Assembly (NCBI RefSeq): GCF_001465295.1
Contig: NZ_CP011035.1
Location: forward strand, 570,001 to 602,000
Direction: 5' to 3'
DNA from: Pseudoalteromonas translucida KMM 520
GTDB taxonomy: Bacteria; Pseudomonadota; Gammaproteobacteria; Enterobacterales; Alteromonadaceae
Length of the DNA stretch: 32,000 bases
Shown piece after piece: positions 9,022 through 18,854 of this stretch. Both the position numbers and the translations under genes were made by a program. The notes under the pieces are model-generated. The model had not been told where the DNA came from and did no database searches. It saw only the letters and a list, made by a program, of their open reading frames with translations. Numbering within the stretch: position 1 is the first letter of the stretch; each line of letters starts with the position of its first letter.

Positions 9022-11274
9022 ATGTTTATGCAGTACTTAATAATAATAAAAAAACAATCAGTGCTCTTTATTTTAAGCTTTTGCTTTCTTTTACTCACCA
9101 CTCCCAGCGCGCTTGCCAATAAACAACACTATTCACTCACGCGTATTAATAAAAATATAACAGTAGATGGGGTAATGAATGAGGCGCATTGGCAAGATGC
9201 CACGCGTATTGCATTACAATACCAAGATGAGCCAGATGAAAAAGGTGCGCCGCCGGTAAAAACCGATGCTTATATATACGAAGACGGCAGTAACTTATAT
9301 GTAGCGTTTGTTGCACACGATCCCGACCCAACACACATTCGCGCTGCACTGCGAGATCGCGATACCCTGTGGCAAGATGATACCGTAGCACTGGTAATTG
9401 ATACCTTTAATGATGAGCGCTCTGGTTATGAATTTTATGTGAACCCGCTAGGGGCTCAGGGCGATATTCGTATGACCGACACCGATGGCTGGCAACAAGA
9501 CCTTTCTTGGAATGCCATTTGGGATAGCGCAGGTAAGATTACTGAGCAAGGCTATGTGGTAGAAATGCGCATTCCTTTTAAAGCTCTGCGTTTTGCACAA
9601 AATAAGGAGCAATTAACTTGGGGTTTTGCCCTAATGCGCAATTATCAACGAGATGTGCTTTATCAGTTATCGAACGTTGGGTTTGATCGCGATATTAAGT
9701 GCAGCCTTTGCCAGTTTGATAAACTTACCGGCTTTGAAAAAATAGCGGCCAGTAAAAACCTGCAATTAACGCCTACTTTAACTGCGCTGCGTAACGATAC
9801 CAAATCACAGTTACCGGGTGATTGGGAAAATGGCAATGTAAACGCCGAAGTGGGTATTGATTTACGCTGGGGCTTAAGCCAAGACGCCGTTATAAACGCC
9901 ACTATAAATCCTGACTTTTCGCAAGTAGAAACCGACTCCCTGACGCTGGATATTAATACCACTTACTCAATTTACTATGAAGAAAAGCGGCCGTTTTTTT
10001 TAGACGGTGCGTCATATTTTAAAAGTAGTTTATTTGAGCTTTTATATACTCGTACCATTGCAGAGCCTAACCTAGGCGCCAAATTAACCGGTAAAACAGC
10101 TAATCACAGTTATGCGGTTATGTTTGCCGATGATGACAATAGCAATATTTTACTGCCAACTAATCAGGGCTCTGGATTTGCAAGCTTAAACGAAAATACC
10201 AAAGCGGCAGTAGCGCGTTACCAGTACGATATTGGCCAGCAAGGCACAATAGGGGTTTCAAGTACGCATCGTGAAGGGGATGACTACCGCAATACGGTTT
10301 TATCACTTGATGGTAGTTACTGGTTTAACCAATCAGACACGTTAAGTTATCAAGTTGCGAGCAGTGATACCCGCAACTCAACATTTTTAGTTGAAAATTA
10401 TAACCTGTCGCAAACGCAATCCGATCAAGCGTATGCAATTAAGCTTACCCGCGATAAACGCGATTATAAATTATTTGCGGAGTACGAAAACATTGGCGCA
10501 GATTATCGTACCGATTTAGGTTATCAAGCTAAGGTCGATTACGAAAAAGTTGTATTAGGGGGCGGGCAAACCTGGTATCGAGGTGAAAATGATTTAGTTA
10601 CCTCTTGGTCATACGTAGCTGATTGGGATAAAACCTGGGCGCAAAATGGCGATTTACTCGAACAAGAGTATGAAGGTTATTTAAGCTTTAAAGGCCAAAA
10701 GCAGTCTATTTTCGAAATAGGGCTGATACATAGGTATGAAAATTATAATACTAATTTTTACAATCAAAACATTGGTTATATTTACAGCGGATTTAAGCCA
10801 ACAAAAGATCTCAGATTGTCTTTGTATGTTGAATACGGGAGTCGCATTGATTACAGTAATGAGCAGCTAGGTGACGCTTTTGATACCCAAACTCAAGCTG
10901 TGTGGGATATAAACAACCATTGGCAAGTTGATGTAAAACATAGCTACAGCCAATTAGACAATCCACAAGGGGAGCGTGTGTTTACAGCTAACCTGATTGA
11001 TTTTAGGCTTTACTATAAATTTAATATGCGCTCAATGCTAAAGCTTATTTGGCAATTTGAAGATATTGATCGCAACGAAAATGCTTATTTTTATCAAGTG
11101 AGCCAAATTAATAAAGATTACGGCAGCCAACTTGTTTATTCGTACAAAATTAATGCGCAAACATTATTTTACTTAGGGTATTCAGATAAAGGTTCCCAAG
11201 ATGATTCACTTAAAAGCATAGAGCGTGATCAGCGCACCTTGTTTACTAAAGTAAGTTACGCATGGCAGCTTTAA
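9022..11274 (+). CDS. Large secreted or outer-membrane protein (CBM9-like N-terminal domain plus DUF5916-like region)
   Basis: 750 aa. The N-terminal signal peptide is SVLFILSFCFLLLTTPSALA-NK. The C-terminal two thirds show alternating beta-strand-like composition rich in Y/D/N/G and end in SYAWQL. The family assignment is from memory of similar annotations and is tentative. Confidence 0.5.
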   Translation: MFMQYLIIIKKQSVLFILSFCFLLLTTPSALANKQHYSLTRINKNITVDGVMNEAHWQDATRIALQYQDEPDEKGAPPVKTDAYIYEDGSNLYVAFVAHDPDPTHIRAALRDRDTLWQDDTVALVIDTFNDERSGYEFYVNPLGAQGDIRMTDTDGWQQDLSWNAIWDSAGKITEQGYVVEMRIPFKALRFAQNKEQLTWGFALMRNYQRDVLYQLSNVGFDRDIKCSLCQFDKLTGFEKIAASKNLQLTPTLTALRNDTKSQLPGDWENGNVNAEVGIDLRWGLSQDAVINATINPDFSQVETDSLTLDINTTYSIYYEEKRPFFLDGASYFKSSLFELLYTRTIAEPNLGAKLTGKTANHSYAVMFADDDNSNILLPTNQGSGFASLNENTKAAVARYQYDIGQQGTIGVSSTHREGDDYRNTVLSLDGSYWFNQSDTLSYQVASSDTRNSTFLVENYNLSQTQSDQAYAIKLTRDKRDYKLFAEYENIGADYRTDLGYQAKVDYEKVVLGGGQTWYRGENDLVTSWSYVADWDKTWAQNGDLLEQEYEGYLSFKGQKQSIFEIGLIHRYENYNTNFYNQNIGYIYSGFKPTKDLRLSLYVEYGSRIDYSNEQLGDAFDTQTQAVWDINNHWQVDVKHSYSQLDNPQGERVFTANLIDFRLYYKFNMRSMLKLIWQFEDIDRNENAYFYQVSQINKDYGSQLVYSYKINAQTLFYLGYSDKGSQDDSLKSIERDQRTLFTKVSYAWQL

Positions 11275-11401
11275 AATACACTTAATTAGATAATAATGAG
11301 TACCTTGCAATCCTTAAGGATTGTACAATAACTTAATTAGTAGTAAAAACAGCGTATATGATGTTTTATTTGCTTATGCTTTAATATGTTAACAACCTTA
11401 G

Positions 11402-13324
11402 ATGGACCTTTTAGTGAATAAATTAAAATCTATAAATGTAATTATAATAATGGCTATTTCTTTATGTTTTAGTATTAATATAGGTATAAGTAATCAGATA
11501 GATAAAATTAATTTATTTCATTCTAATATCGATGTTCGTCACTTTGAAATAAATACCACTCCATTGACATTGGCCCCTTGGTATAACCCAGTATTAAATG
11601 GCTATTATATTGTTAAGCAAAACAATATAACTTTTATAGTATTAAAAACCAGCGAAACAGAATTTATAGCGGTTAAAGCTAACGATTTAATTTTAATTAC
11701 GCTTACATCCCCACGAAACCTATTTATATTTTTTGTAATCTTTCTTAGTGGCTTTGTGTACTTAAAAAAAGAGCGTAAAAAACATTACTACACCAGTAAA
11801 ATTACTCATCTTAATCAACAAGCTGATACGTTACTCAAAGCATTTAACTTACAAACAAAGTCAGCAGCTAGCGCTAATAGTATTACAAGGCTGAGTGAGT
11901 CTATAAACACCCTTAACAGCCATGTTGAGCACTATGTAAAGCAAACTCAAACCAGTATTTACCAAGATAAACTCACCCTATTAATAGATCGTCATGCCTA
12001 TATTAAACATATAGATAGACAAATTAGCCAAGTAAGTGTCGAAAATTTAAAATGTGCTTTATTGTTTATTGATTTGGATGGTTTTAAAAAAGTAAATGAC
12101 TCTTTTGGGCATAGTTTTGGTGACGAAATATTAGTTCAAGTGGCAACCCGTTTAGCCAACGTATTACGCCATAATAAGTTAAATAACATAAATCTAGCTA
12201 ACCAGTTAGAGCAAAATTTATCTCGACTAGGGGGCGATGAGTTCTCTATTTTTATAGAATCAGTTGAGTCAGAAGCGCAAGTTTTAGATGTTGCAAGGCA
12301 TGTATTAAACGAGTTAGAAAAAGACTTTGTGTTAGGTAATAAAATTATAAAAATAAGTGCCAGCATAGGTATTGCAAAATACCCAGAGAGTGCCTCAACG
12401 CCTCAAGCTTTACTGCAACTTGCAGATGTAGCTATGTATAGAGCAAAGCACGATGGTAAAGGTATTTTTAAAGTGTACTCTCCCGAAATGGGTAATAAAA
12501 TGCGCCGCTATCATTATTTGTTAGAAGAGCTGCGTTTAGCGGTTGCCCGCAAAGACTTTTATTTAAACTTTCAACCTATCGTACATGTTGAAGATTGCAT
12601 GATAGATTATTTTGAAGCACTAACACGTTGGAACCATTCAATTGAGGGGATGATTTCGCCCGTTGAATTTATTCCTATAGCAGAGGAGTCTAATTTGATT
12701 TTAGAATTAGGCGATTGGATTATGCTAGAGGCATGTAGACAAATGGCTGCATGGCATAATGCTGGTTTGCGCAAAGTCAGAATATCGGTAAACGTGTCGG
12801 GCGTGCAGCTAAAACATAGATCTATATATGACTGGGTTATGGCAACCCTTACCAAAACCGGGCTGTCACCTAATTCACTGATGCTAGAAATTACAGAATC
12901 AACACTTATAAAAGCAGATGCTTTTATAATTAAAGAGCTTGAAAAATTACGTAAAGAGGGCATTACTATTGCCATTGATGATTTTGGTACTGGTTTTAGC
13001 TCTTTAAGTACCTTGGCTGATTTACCTATAGATGTGATTAAAATTGATCGCTCTTTTATTACTCAAGCAAATAAAAGTAAAAAGTATCTAGATATATTAA
13101 ATACTATTTGCGAACTCGGACAAAAGCTTGGACTTAAAATAGTGGCCGAAGGTGTAGAAGAGCCCGCACAGTTTGAATTAGTAAAGCGTATTGGTGTGAA
13201 CTCTGTACAAGGCTATTTAGTAAGTAGGCCAGAGTCATCTGTTAATGTAGGTAATAAACTACTCAACAAAAATGTGAGCAATATGTCAGGCTCAGGAACC
13301 AGCGCCTGGGAAATAAGTAGTTAG
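11402..13324 (+). CDS. Membrane-anchored GGDEF-EAL (diguanylate cyclase / c-di-GMP phosphodiesterase) protein
   Basis: Two hydrophobic segments (INVIIIMAISLCFSINIGI and LFIFFVIFLSGFVYL) bracket a loop of about 80 aa. Has the GGDEF motif (RLGGDEFSIF) and EAL-domain motifs EALTRW, NVS, EITE, DDFGTGFSSL, KIDRSF, EGVE and QGY. Confidence 0.85.
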   Translation: MDLLVNKLKSINVIIIMAISLCFSINIGISNQIDKINLFHSNIDVRHFEINTTPLTLAPWYNPVLNGYYIVKQNNITFIVLKTSETEFIAVKANDLILITLTSPRNLFIFFVIFLSGFVYLKKERKKHYYTSKITHLNQQADTLLKAFNLQTKSAASANSITRLSESINTLNSHVEHYVKQTQTSIYQDKLTLLIDRHAYIKHIDRQISQVSVENLKCALLFIDLDGFKKVNDSFGHSFGDEILVQVATRLANVLRHNKLNNINLANQLEQNLSRLGGDEFSIFIESVESEAQVLDVARHVLNELEKDFVLGNKIIKISASIGIAKYPESASTPQALLQLADVAMYRAKHDGKGIFKVYSPEMGNKMRRYHYLLEELRLAVARKDFYLNFQPIVHVEDCMIDYFEALTRWNHSIEGMISPVEFIPIAEESNLILELGDWIMLEACRQMAAWHNAGLRKVRISVNVSGVQLKHRSIYDWVMATLTKTGLSPNSLMLEITESTLIKADAFIIKELEKLRKEGITIAIDDFGTGFSSLSTLADLPIDVIKIDRSFITQANKSKKYLDILNTICELGQKLGLKIVAEGVEEPAQFELVKRIGVNSVQGYLVSRPESSVNVGNKLLNKNVSNMSGSGTSAWEISS

Positions 13325-13492
13325 TTCACCTGAACTCCGGATAATAAACCTATCTCAAGCAGCTATTTTCAGCGCTAACTACGTTGAATTTACTGCAATA
13401 GGCCAGCTATTGACGCGTAAATACGCCTTGTTTTCACTGAAAATCTCTGGCTAGAGAAAATAAAGTTAAATATAACTATAACTATGATTCAA

Positions 13493-13528
13493 TACGTTAG
13501 TAAGTCTCTTAACCAGAGTTCAAGTTAA
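13493..13528 (+). repeat. Conserved 36-nt intergenic block, copy 1
   Basis: tacgttagtaagtctcttaaccagagttcaagttaa is 32/36 identical to 22194-22229, in the same orientation. Both copies are followed by cataaaaa and a terminator hairpin. Confidence 0.75.
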
Positions 13529-13551
13529 TTGCATATTTTACAGCCGCACAT

Positions 13552-13583
13552 AAAAATGCCACTTAACTTAAGTGGCATTTTTT
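13552..13583. terminator. Bidirectional rho-independent terminator downstream of the bet/porin operon
   Basis: atgccactta (13556-13565) pairs with taagtggcat (13569-13578). It is flanked by A5 and T6. Confidence 0.8.
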
Positions 13584-13612
13584 GCTAAGTAATAGCATTC
13601 ATTTAATTAAGT

Positions 13613-14314
13613 TTATAAATTAAACGTACGTGAAACGGCCAGTACTAGGCGCTCATCTGCGTAGTCGTAATCTAAGCTGGTGTTCTCAGCGGCAACTTCA
13701 ATATTAAAGCCTTCGTAGCTAGTTTGGTATGCTAAGCGGTAATGGTTGTAAGATTTTTTTTCATTGCTATCCCATGCGTATTTTTTACCGTCTAATGAGT
13801 TCGAAATATCAAAACTTGCACGTAGCGCATGGTTAGGTGCTAACTCATATGTATGTGCTATTTGCGATATAACATGACTTGCACCACTGCCAAAGTAATC
13901 CCAGCTGTACCAAAAGTTAAGCTCTGTTTGGCCATAATCACTCGCATAGCCAAATTTAGTATAGGCTTCGCCATAATTACCATCACTATTATTGCCTTGG
14001 TAAGTGTAATAAGCAATACCGTAATCAGCACTAAAGCGTTCATTAAGCTGAATGTATCTACCTACATAAGCATCAAGTTCGAAATCAGTGTCATCACCAA
14101 AATCTACATTAGAGGCCCAAACACCTGCATATACACCGTTATCAAAAGCGTAATCAAGGCTTGCTTGAATTGCAGGGTCGTTATCTGTTTGCGTTACACC
14201 ATTGAAAGTATAGTCAGAAGCGGCAGTAATGGTTGTTGACCAATTAGCCGCTGCAGTTGTAGATAAAAGTGTAAAAGGTAAAGCGATAAAAAGTTGTTTT
14301 AGTTTATTATTCAT
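13613..14314 (-). CDS. TorF-family / TIGR02001-type putative outer-membrane porin
   Basis: 233 aa with signal peptide ...LLSTTAAA-NW. SDYTFNGVTQTDNDPAIQASLDY...GVYAGVWASNVDF is the characteristic N-terminal block of this family (from memory). It has a beta-barrel-like Y/D/G-rich pattern and ends in F-N-L. Confidence 0.75.
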   Translation of the reverse strand: MNNKLKQLFIALPFTLLSTTAAANWSTTITAASDYTFNGVTQTDNDPAIQASLDYAFDNGVYAGVWASNVDFGDDTDFELDAYVGRYIQLNERFSADYGIAYYTYQGNNSDGNYGEAYTKFGYASDYGQTELNFWYSWDYFGSGASHVISQIAHTYELAPNHALRASFDISNSLDGKKYAWDSNEKKSYNHYRLAYQTSYEGFNIEVAAENTSLDYDYADERLVLAVSRTFNL

Positions 14315-14324
14315 AATGTTGTTC

Positions 14325-15542
14325 CTAGCTCATATTTTCAATTTTGGTGTAATCAATTTTGTTTGCTTTTGGTGAGCCTATAATGTCGTTCACCGTTTTT
14401 AATTTGTTGTAGCCAATATAAGCAATACAAATAAAGAACAAGGCAATAACTAATGCGCCAACCCATTGAATTTGTAAAAACTCTAACTTAAATAGTAATG
14501 TTAACAACGACAAAGCAACGATATTCATAGTTAAGTATTTAAATTTACCTAAGCGTTTAACCGTCAAGTTTAAGTTATCTGTGTATAACCGGATAAGCGA
14601 ATCAAGAGAGTTAATTACAAAAATAATACCAACAAATACCATGGCAAAGTTTTTAATACCTTCAGTAGGAATACCAGCTTCGTGGTAGTGATAAAGCACA
14701 CTAAACCAGATAGCAATTGGAATTGATGGGAAAATCAACATCGCAGCCAATACTTGATATGTTCTTAATCCACCCACAAAGCGTGCAGTAAATTGACCTA
14801 TCATAATGCTCCATGCAAACCACCAAAATAAATAAAACTCATGATAGTCATTCAGCGGTAAAACAAACTCATTAATATTGGCAAAATAAGTACCAATAGC
14901 GCCTAAGTTATTCGAAAAGGCAGACAATTCACTGTCACCAAATACAAATGCACCCGCCCACATAAAGGCAATGAGCGCTAAAAACATCCAAGTAGTAGAA
15001 ATACTTAAAATACGTACATACTTAATGTCGGTACTCGAGTAGGCAGCAAACGATATTGCAGCCAACACAATTAAATAAAACACCGGAATAACACTCGAAC
15101 CATCGCCTAAATCGGGTAAGTACCAAGGTAAATTAGTCAGTAGTAGGTAAGCAGTAAATGCACAGGTGCCAATGATGACAACGTTATTAATAAACTTAAC
15201 CCAAGGAATGTCGAAAAATTTAACTTTAGGTTCTATTACACAGAAATAAAAGCACGTAAGAAAGTAAAATCCCCAGATTAAAAACCCCCAATAGCCAAAC
15301 TCAATAGCTAGCGGATTGGCAAATGCGTACTCTGGGCTTGCTTTTATGTCTGCATAACCGGCAAATTCGGTTAACGGAAACATAATAAGGCCAACATCTA
15401 GGCCTGAGGTAAATAATATGGCTATAAAGGTAAATGTTCTAACAGGCGTTACGCCAACAACACGTACATTGCCCCATTTAAATAAAATAGCGATTACAGC
15501 TAATAAGGTGAAAATAATCCCAGCACTAAGCCAAATAGTCAT
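14325..15542 (-). CDS. Compact BCCT-like transporter (probable choline/betaine permease)
   Basis: 405 aa and very hydrophobic. FYLFWWFAWSIMIGQFTARFVGGLRTYQ matches the BCCT Trp-box signature ([28 protein letters not shown]). TSGLDVGLIMF resembles the Gly-rich unwound TM segment (AGMGIGLMFW). A gggaggg RBS lies 8 nt upstream of the ATG. Confidence 0.7.
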   Translation of the reverse strand: MTIWLSAGIIFTLLAVIAILFKWGNVRVVGVTPVRTFTFIAILFTSGLDVGLIMFPLTEFAGYADIKASPEYAFANPLAIEFGYWGFLIWGFYFLTCFYFCVIEPKVKFFDIPWVKFINNVVIIGTCAFTAYLLLTNLPWYLPDLGDGSSVIPVFYLIVLAAISFAAYSSTDIKYVRILSISTTWMFLALIAFMWAGAFVFGDSELSAFSNNLGAIGTYFANINEFVLPLNDYHEFYLFWWFAWSIMIGQFTARFVGGLRTYQVLAAMLIFPSIPIAIWFSVLYHYHEAGIPTEGIKNFAMVFVGIIFVINSLDSLIRLYTDNLNLTVKRLGKFKYLTMNIVALSLLTLLFKLEFLQIQWVGALVIALFFICIAYIGYNKLKTVNDIIGSPKANKIDYTKIENMS

Positions 15543-15698
15543 TATCGCCCTCCCAAAATAAATAAAAGTAATTCATAAATACTCCGTTTATTGTTTTTTC
15601 TCGCGTTAACACAACATAACCAATTTATATCGTGAGCCACGGCGAGTCTCACAAAGGCTTAACGACCTAAGTAGTTAAACCTTTGCTAATGGCTTAAT

Positions 15699-17366
15699 TT
15701 ATATCTTGCTATTACGTTGTGTTGTTTGCCAGTCAGCGCTCATTGCTACTGGTGCATTGAGCTTCGCTAATGGCTTATTACCTAAAATAATATCAGCGGC
15801 TTTTTCGGCCACCATAATGGTAGGGCCGTTTAAGTTACCGTTTGGTATGGTTGGAAATATAGACGAGTCAACTACACGTAAACCTGCGATCCCATGTACT
15901 TGGGTGTCTGAATTAACGACTGCCAGCTCATCTTCACCCATTTTGCAAGAGCAAGAAGGGTGATAAGCGCTTTCAACCGTTTGACGGACAAAGGCATCTA
16001 TTTCTTCATCGGTTTGAATATGCTTACCTGGCTGAATTTCTTCATCGCGATAATCATCAAAGGCACTTTGCTCAATAATTTCACGGGTTAGGCGTACACA
16101 GGCTCTAAAGCCTTCAATGTCATCTTGGTGTTGTAGGTAATTAAACACAATTTTAGGTGGTTGCTCAGGATCAGCCGATGCAACAGTAACGCTGCCGCGG
16201 CTTTTAGGCTTGTTATGGCCAACATGCACCTGAAAACCATGGCCGTCAAAGGCACTACGTCCGTCGTAGCGCATTGCGGCAGGTAAAAAATGGTATTGCA
16301 AGTCTGGCCATTCAACTCCAGGCTTAGAGCGAATAAAAGCACAGGATTCAAAGTGATTTGTCGCGCCCAGACCCTTGCGGGTTAATAACCAACGCGCACC
16401 AATTAAACCTTTTGAAATTAACCCTAATTTACCGTTTAGGGTAATAGGTTGTTTGCACTTATATTGAAAGTAAAACTCAAGATGATCTTGTAAGTTTTGG
16501 CCTACACCGGGTAAATGATGTTTTACCTCAATGCCCGCTTTTTTAAGTACTTCGCTATCGCCAATACCCGACAGCTGTAAAATATGTGGCGAGCCAATAG
16601 AGCCGGCGCTTAATATCACTTCTTTTGCAGCAACAGCGGTTTTAACTTCGCCATTTACTTTGTATTCAATACCAGTGGCTTTTTTGCCCTCTAAAATAAT
16701 GCGCTGGGCAAGTGCACCGGTAACAATAGTTAAATTACTACGCGATTTAACTGGATCTAAGTATTCACGTGCGGCTGAACTGCGTACACCGTCTTTTACC
16801 GTCATGTGCATCGGCCCAAAGCCTTCTTGCTGCGAGGCATTGTAGTCGTTAGTGTGTGCGTAACCCGCTTCAATACCCGCTTTAATAAAGGTGCAGTACA
16901 AAGGGTTTTTCATTTCGTTACCGTTATTAACGCCCAGCGGGCCTTTACCGCCGCGGTACTGATTTTCACCTAAGTAAAAGCTTTCTGCTTTTTGAAAATA
17001 CGGTAAACACGACTGGTAATCCCAGCCGTTTGCGCCATTGTGTTGCCATTCGTCAAAGTCTTTTGCATGGCCGCGTACATACACCATGCCATTAATAGAT
17101 GACGAACCACCGAGTACTTTACCACGCGGACAATGCATTTCGCGGTTGTCTAAATGTGGCTCAGGTTGGGTATGAAACTGCCACGCATATTTATCGCTAT
17201 TCATTGGAATAGAAAGTGCGGTAGGCATTTTTATAAAAATGCTTTTATCACTGCCACCCGTTTCTAGTAGTAATACACGGGTGTTTTTATCAGCCGATAA
17301 GCGATTTGCTAACACACAACCTGCAGAGCCTGCGCCCACTATAATATAGTCATACGAATTACTCAT
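15699..17366 (-). CDS. betA: Choline dehydrogenase (GMC oxidoreductase)
   Basis: 555 aa. N-terminal [20 protein letters not shown] (FAD-binding), [14 protein letters not shown], and a C-terminal HPSCSCKMG block. It sits directly downstream of betB. Confidence 0.92.
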   Translation of the reverse strand: MSNSYDYIIVGAGSAGCVLANRLSADKNTRVLLLETGGSDKSIFIKMPTALSIPMNSDKYAWQFHTQPEPHLDNREMHCPRGKVLGGSSSINGMVYVRGHAKDFDEWQHNGANGWDYQSCLPYFQKAESFYLGENQYRGGKGPLGVNNGNEMKNPLYCTFIKAGIEAGYAHTNDYNASQQEGFGPMHMTVKDGVRSSAAREYLDPVKSRSNLTIVTGALAQRIILEGKKATGIEYKVNGEVKTAVAAKEVILSAGSIGSPHILQLSGIGDSEVLKKAGIEVKHHLPGVGQNLQDHLEFYFQYKCKQPITLNGKLGLISKGLIGARWLLTRKGLGATNHFESCAFIRSKPGVEWPDLQYHFLPAAMRYDGRSAFDGHGFQVHVGHNKPKSRGSVTVASADPEQPPKIVFNYLQHQDDIEGFRACVRLTREIIEQSAFDDYRDEEIQPGKHIQTDEEIDAFVRQTVESAYHPSCSCKMGEDELAVVNSDTQVHGIAGLRVVDSSIFPTIPNGNLNGPTIMVAEKAADIILGNKPLAKLNAPVAMSADWQTTQRNSKI

Positions 17367-17378
17367 AATCAGTATCCT

Positions 17379-18854
17379 TTAAAATGGGCTTTCTATGTTG
17401 GCCATACCAACATAAACAGATTTAGTTTGCGTGTAAGTATCGAGGGTTTCTATGCCGTTTTCGCGGCCAATGCCCGATTGCTTGTAGCCACCCACTGGCA
17501 TTTCTGCTGGCGAGTTACCATACGCGTTAATCCAACAAATACCCGCTTGTAGTTGATGAATAACACGGTGTGCACGCTTAATATCGCTAGTAAATACACC
17601 TGCAGCTAAGCCAAGGTGAGTACCGTTTGCACGTTTAATCACATCGTCTTCGTCATCAAATACCAGCACGCTCATTACTGGGCCAAATATTTCTTCTTTA
17701 ACTATGCACATGTCATCGTTGCAATCAATAAACACAGTAGGGGCAACAAAGTAGCCGTTAGGTGCAGATGCAGGTGAAAGTGTTGTACCACCGGTTAGTA
17801 GCGTTGCGCCCTCTGCAATACCTTTATTAACGTAGCTCATTACTAAGTCTTGATGCTTTTTAGAAATTAGCGCGCCAAAGTTAGTATTTAAATCTTGCGG
17901 ATCGCCGGCAATAATATTTTGTTCAGTACGGGTTTTAAGCTCATCAATAAATTGTTGATATACATTTTTATGAACATAAATACGGGTACAATTAGTACAT
18001 ACTTCGCCTTGAGTATAAAAGTTGCCTAACATTGCAGCACTTACTGCTTGTTCAATATTGGCATCATCAAATACAATTAATGGCGACTTACCACCAAGCT
18101 CCATGGTGACATCTTTTAAAGATCCCGCAGCGCTCGCAACTACTTTTTTACCTGTACCCACTTCACCAGTAAATGATACTTTATCTATATCAGTATGCTG
18201 TGTTAGCCACTGGCCTACATCGCCGGCGCCTTGTACTACATTAAATACACCTGCGGGTACGCCAGCTTCTACAAAAATTTCAGCTAGCTTAATTGCGCCA
18301 AGTGGCGTTTCTTCCGATGGTTTAAAAATAAACGCATTACCAGCAGCAAGGGCAGGGCCCGACTTCCAACAGGCAATTTGTAGCGGGTAGTTCCATGCAC
18401 CTATACCAGCGCAAATACCTAAAGGCTCTCTACGGGTATAGTAAAAGTCGCTGCCAACCATTTGTTGTTGACCAACTTGTGCCGGTGCTAAACCAGCAAA
18501 GAACTCAATAACATCAGCGCCTGTTTCAATATCTACACAGTTTGCTTCTTGCATTGGTTTACCGGTATCAAGTACTTCTACCAGCGCTAACTCATCGTTG
18601 CGCTCGCGTAAAATTGCTACGGCCTTGAGTAAAATGCGACTGCGCTCAATTGGCGACATAGCCGACCACTGAGCAAAACCTTGCTTTGCACTTGCAATGG
18701 CAGCGTTTTGAATAAACTCGTCAGCAATTTCTACTGCATAAATAACTTCACCCGTAGCTGGGTTGGTTACATCAAATGTTTTGCCGCTTTGATTTGCAAG
18801 GAAATGGCCGTTAATAAAATTTTGATAGACAGGTGTTGTCACGCTAGGCTCCAT
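17379..18854 (-). CDS. betB: Betaine-aldehyde dehydrogenase
   Basis: ALDH motifs [18 protein letters not shown] and the catalytic Cys context [12 protein letters not shown] chose the start at Met9 of the tracked ORF (ATG at 18854, [16 protein letters not shown]), giving 491 aa, like E. coli BetB (490 aa). The alternative ATG is at 18878. Confidence 0.9.
   Translation of the reverse strand: MEPSVTTPVYQNFINGHFLANQSGKTFDVTNPATGEVIYAVEIADEFIQNAAIASAKQGFAQWSAMSPIERSRILLKAVAILRERNDELALVEVLDTGKPMQEANCVDIETGADVIEFFAGLAPAQVGQQQMVGSDFYYTRREPLGICAGIGAWNYPLQIACWKSGPALAAGNAFIFKPSEETPLGAIKLAEIFVEAGVPAGVFNVVQGAGDVGQWLTQHTDIDKVSFTGEVGTGKKVVASAAGSLKDVTMELGGKSPLIVFDDANIEQAVSAAMLGNFYTQGEVCTNCTRIYVHKNVYQQFIDELKTRTEQNIIAGDPQDLNTNFGALISKKHQDLVMSYVNKGIAEGATLLTGGTTLSPASAPNGYFVAPTVFIDCNDDMCIVKEEIFGPVMSVLVFDDEDDVIKRANGTHLGLAAGVFTSDIKRAHRVIHQLQAGICWINAYGNSPAEMPVGGYKQSGIGRENGIETLDTYTQTKSVYVGMANIESPF

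Noticed and set aside
13195-13240. A coding stretch gaactctgtacaaggctatttagtaagtaggccagagtc at the end of the GGDEF-EAL gene that echoes pieces of the 36-nt block (ttagtaagt ... ccagagt)
   Set aside because: It encodes the conserved EAL-domain QGY(L)VSRP motif. The matches are two short words with different spacing, so this is most likely coincidence rather than a third repeat copy.
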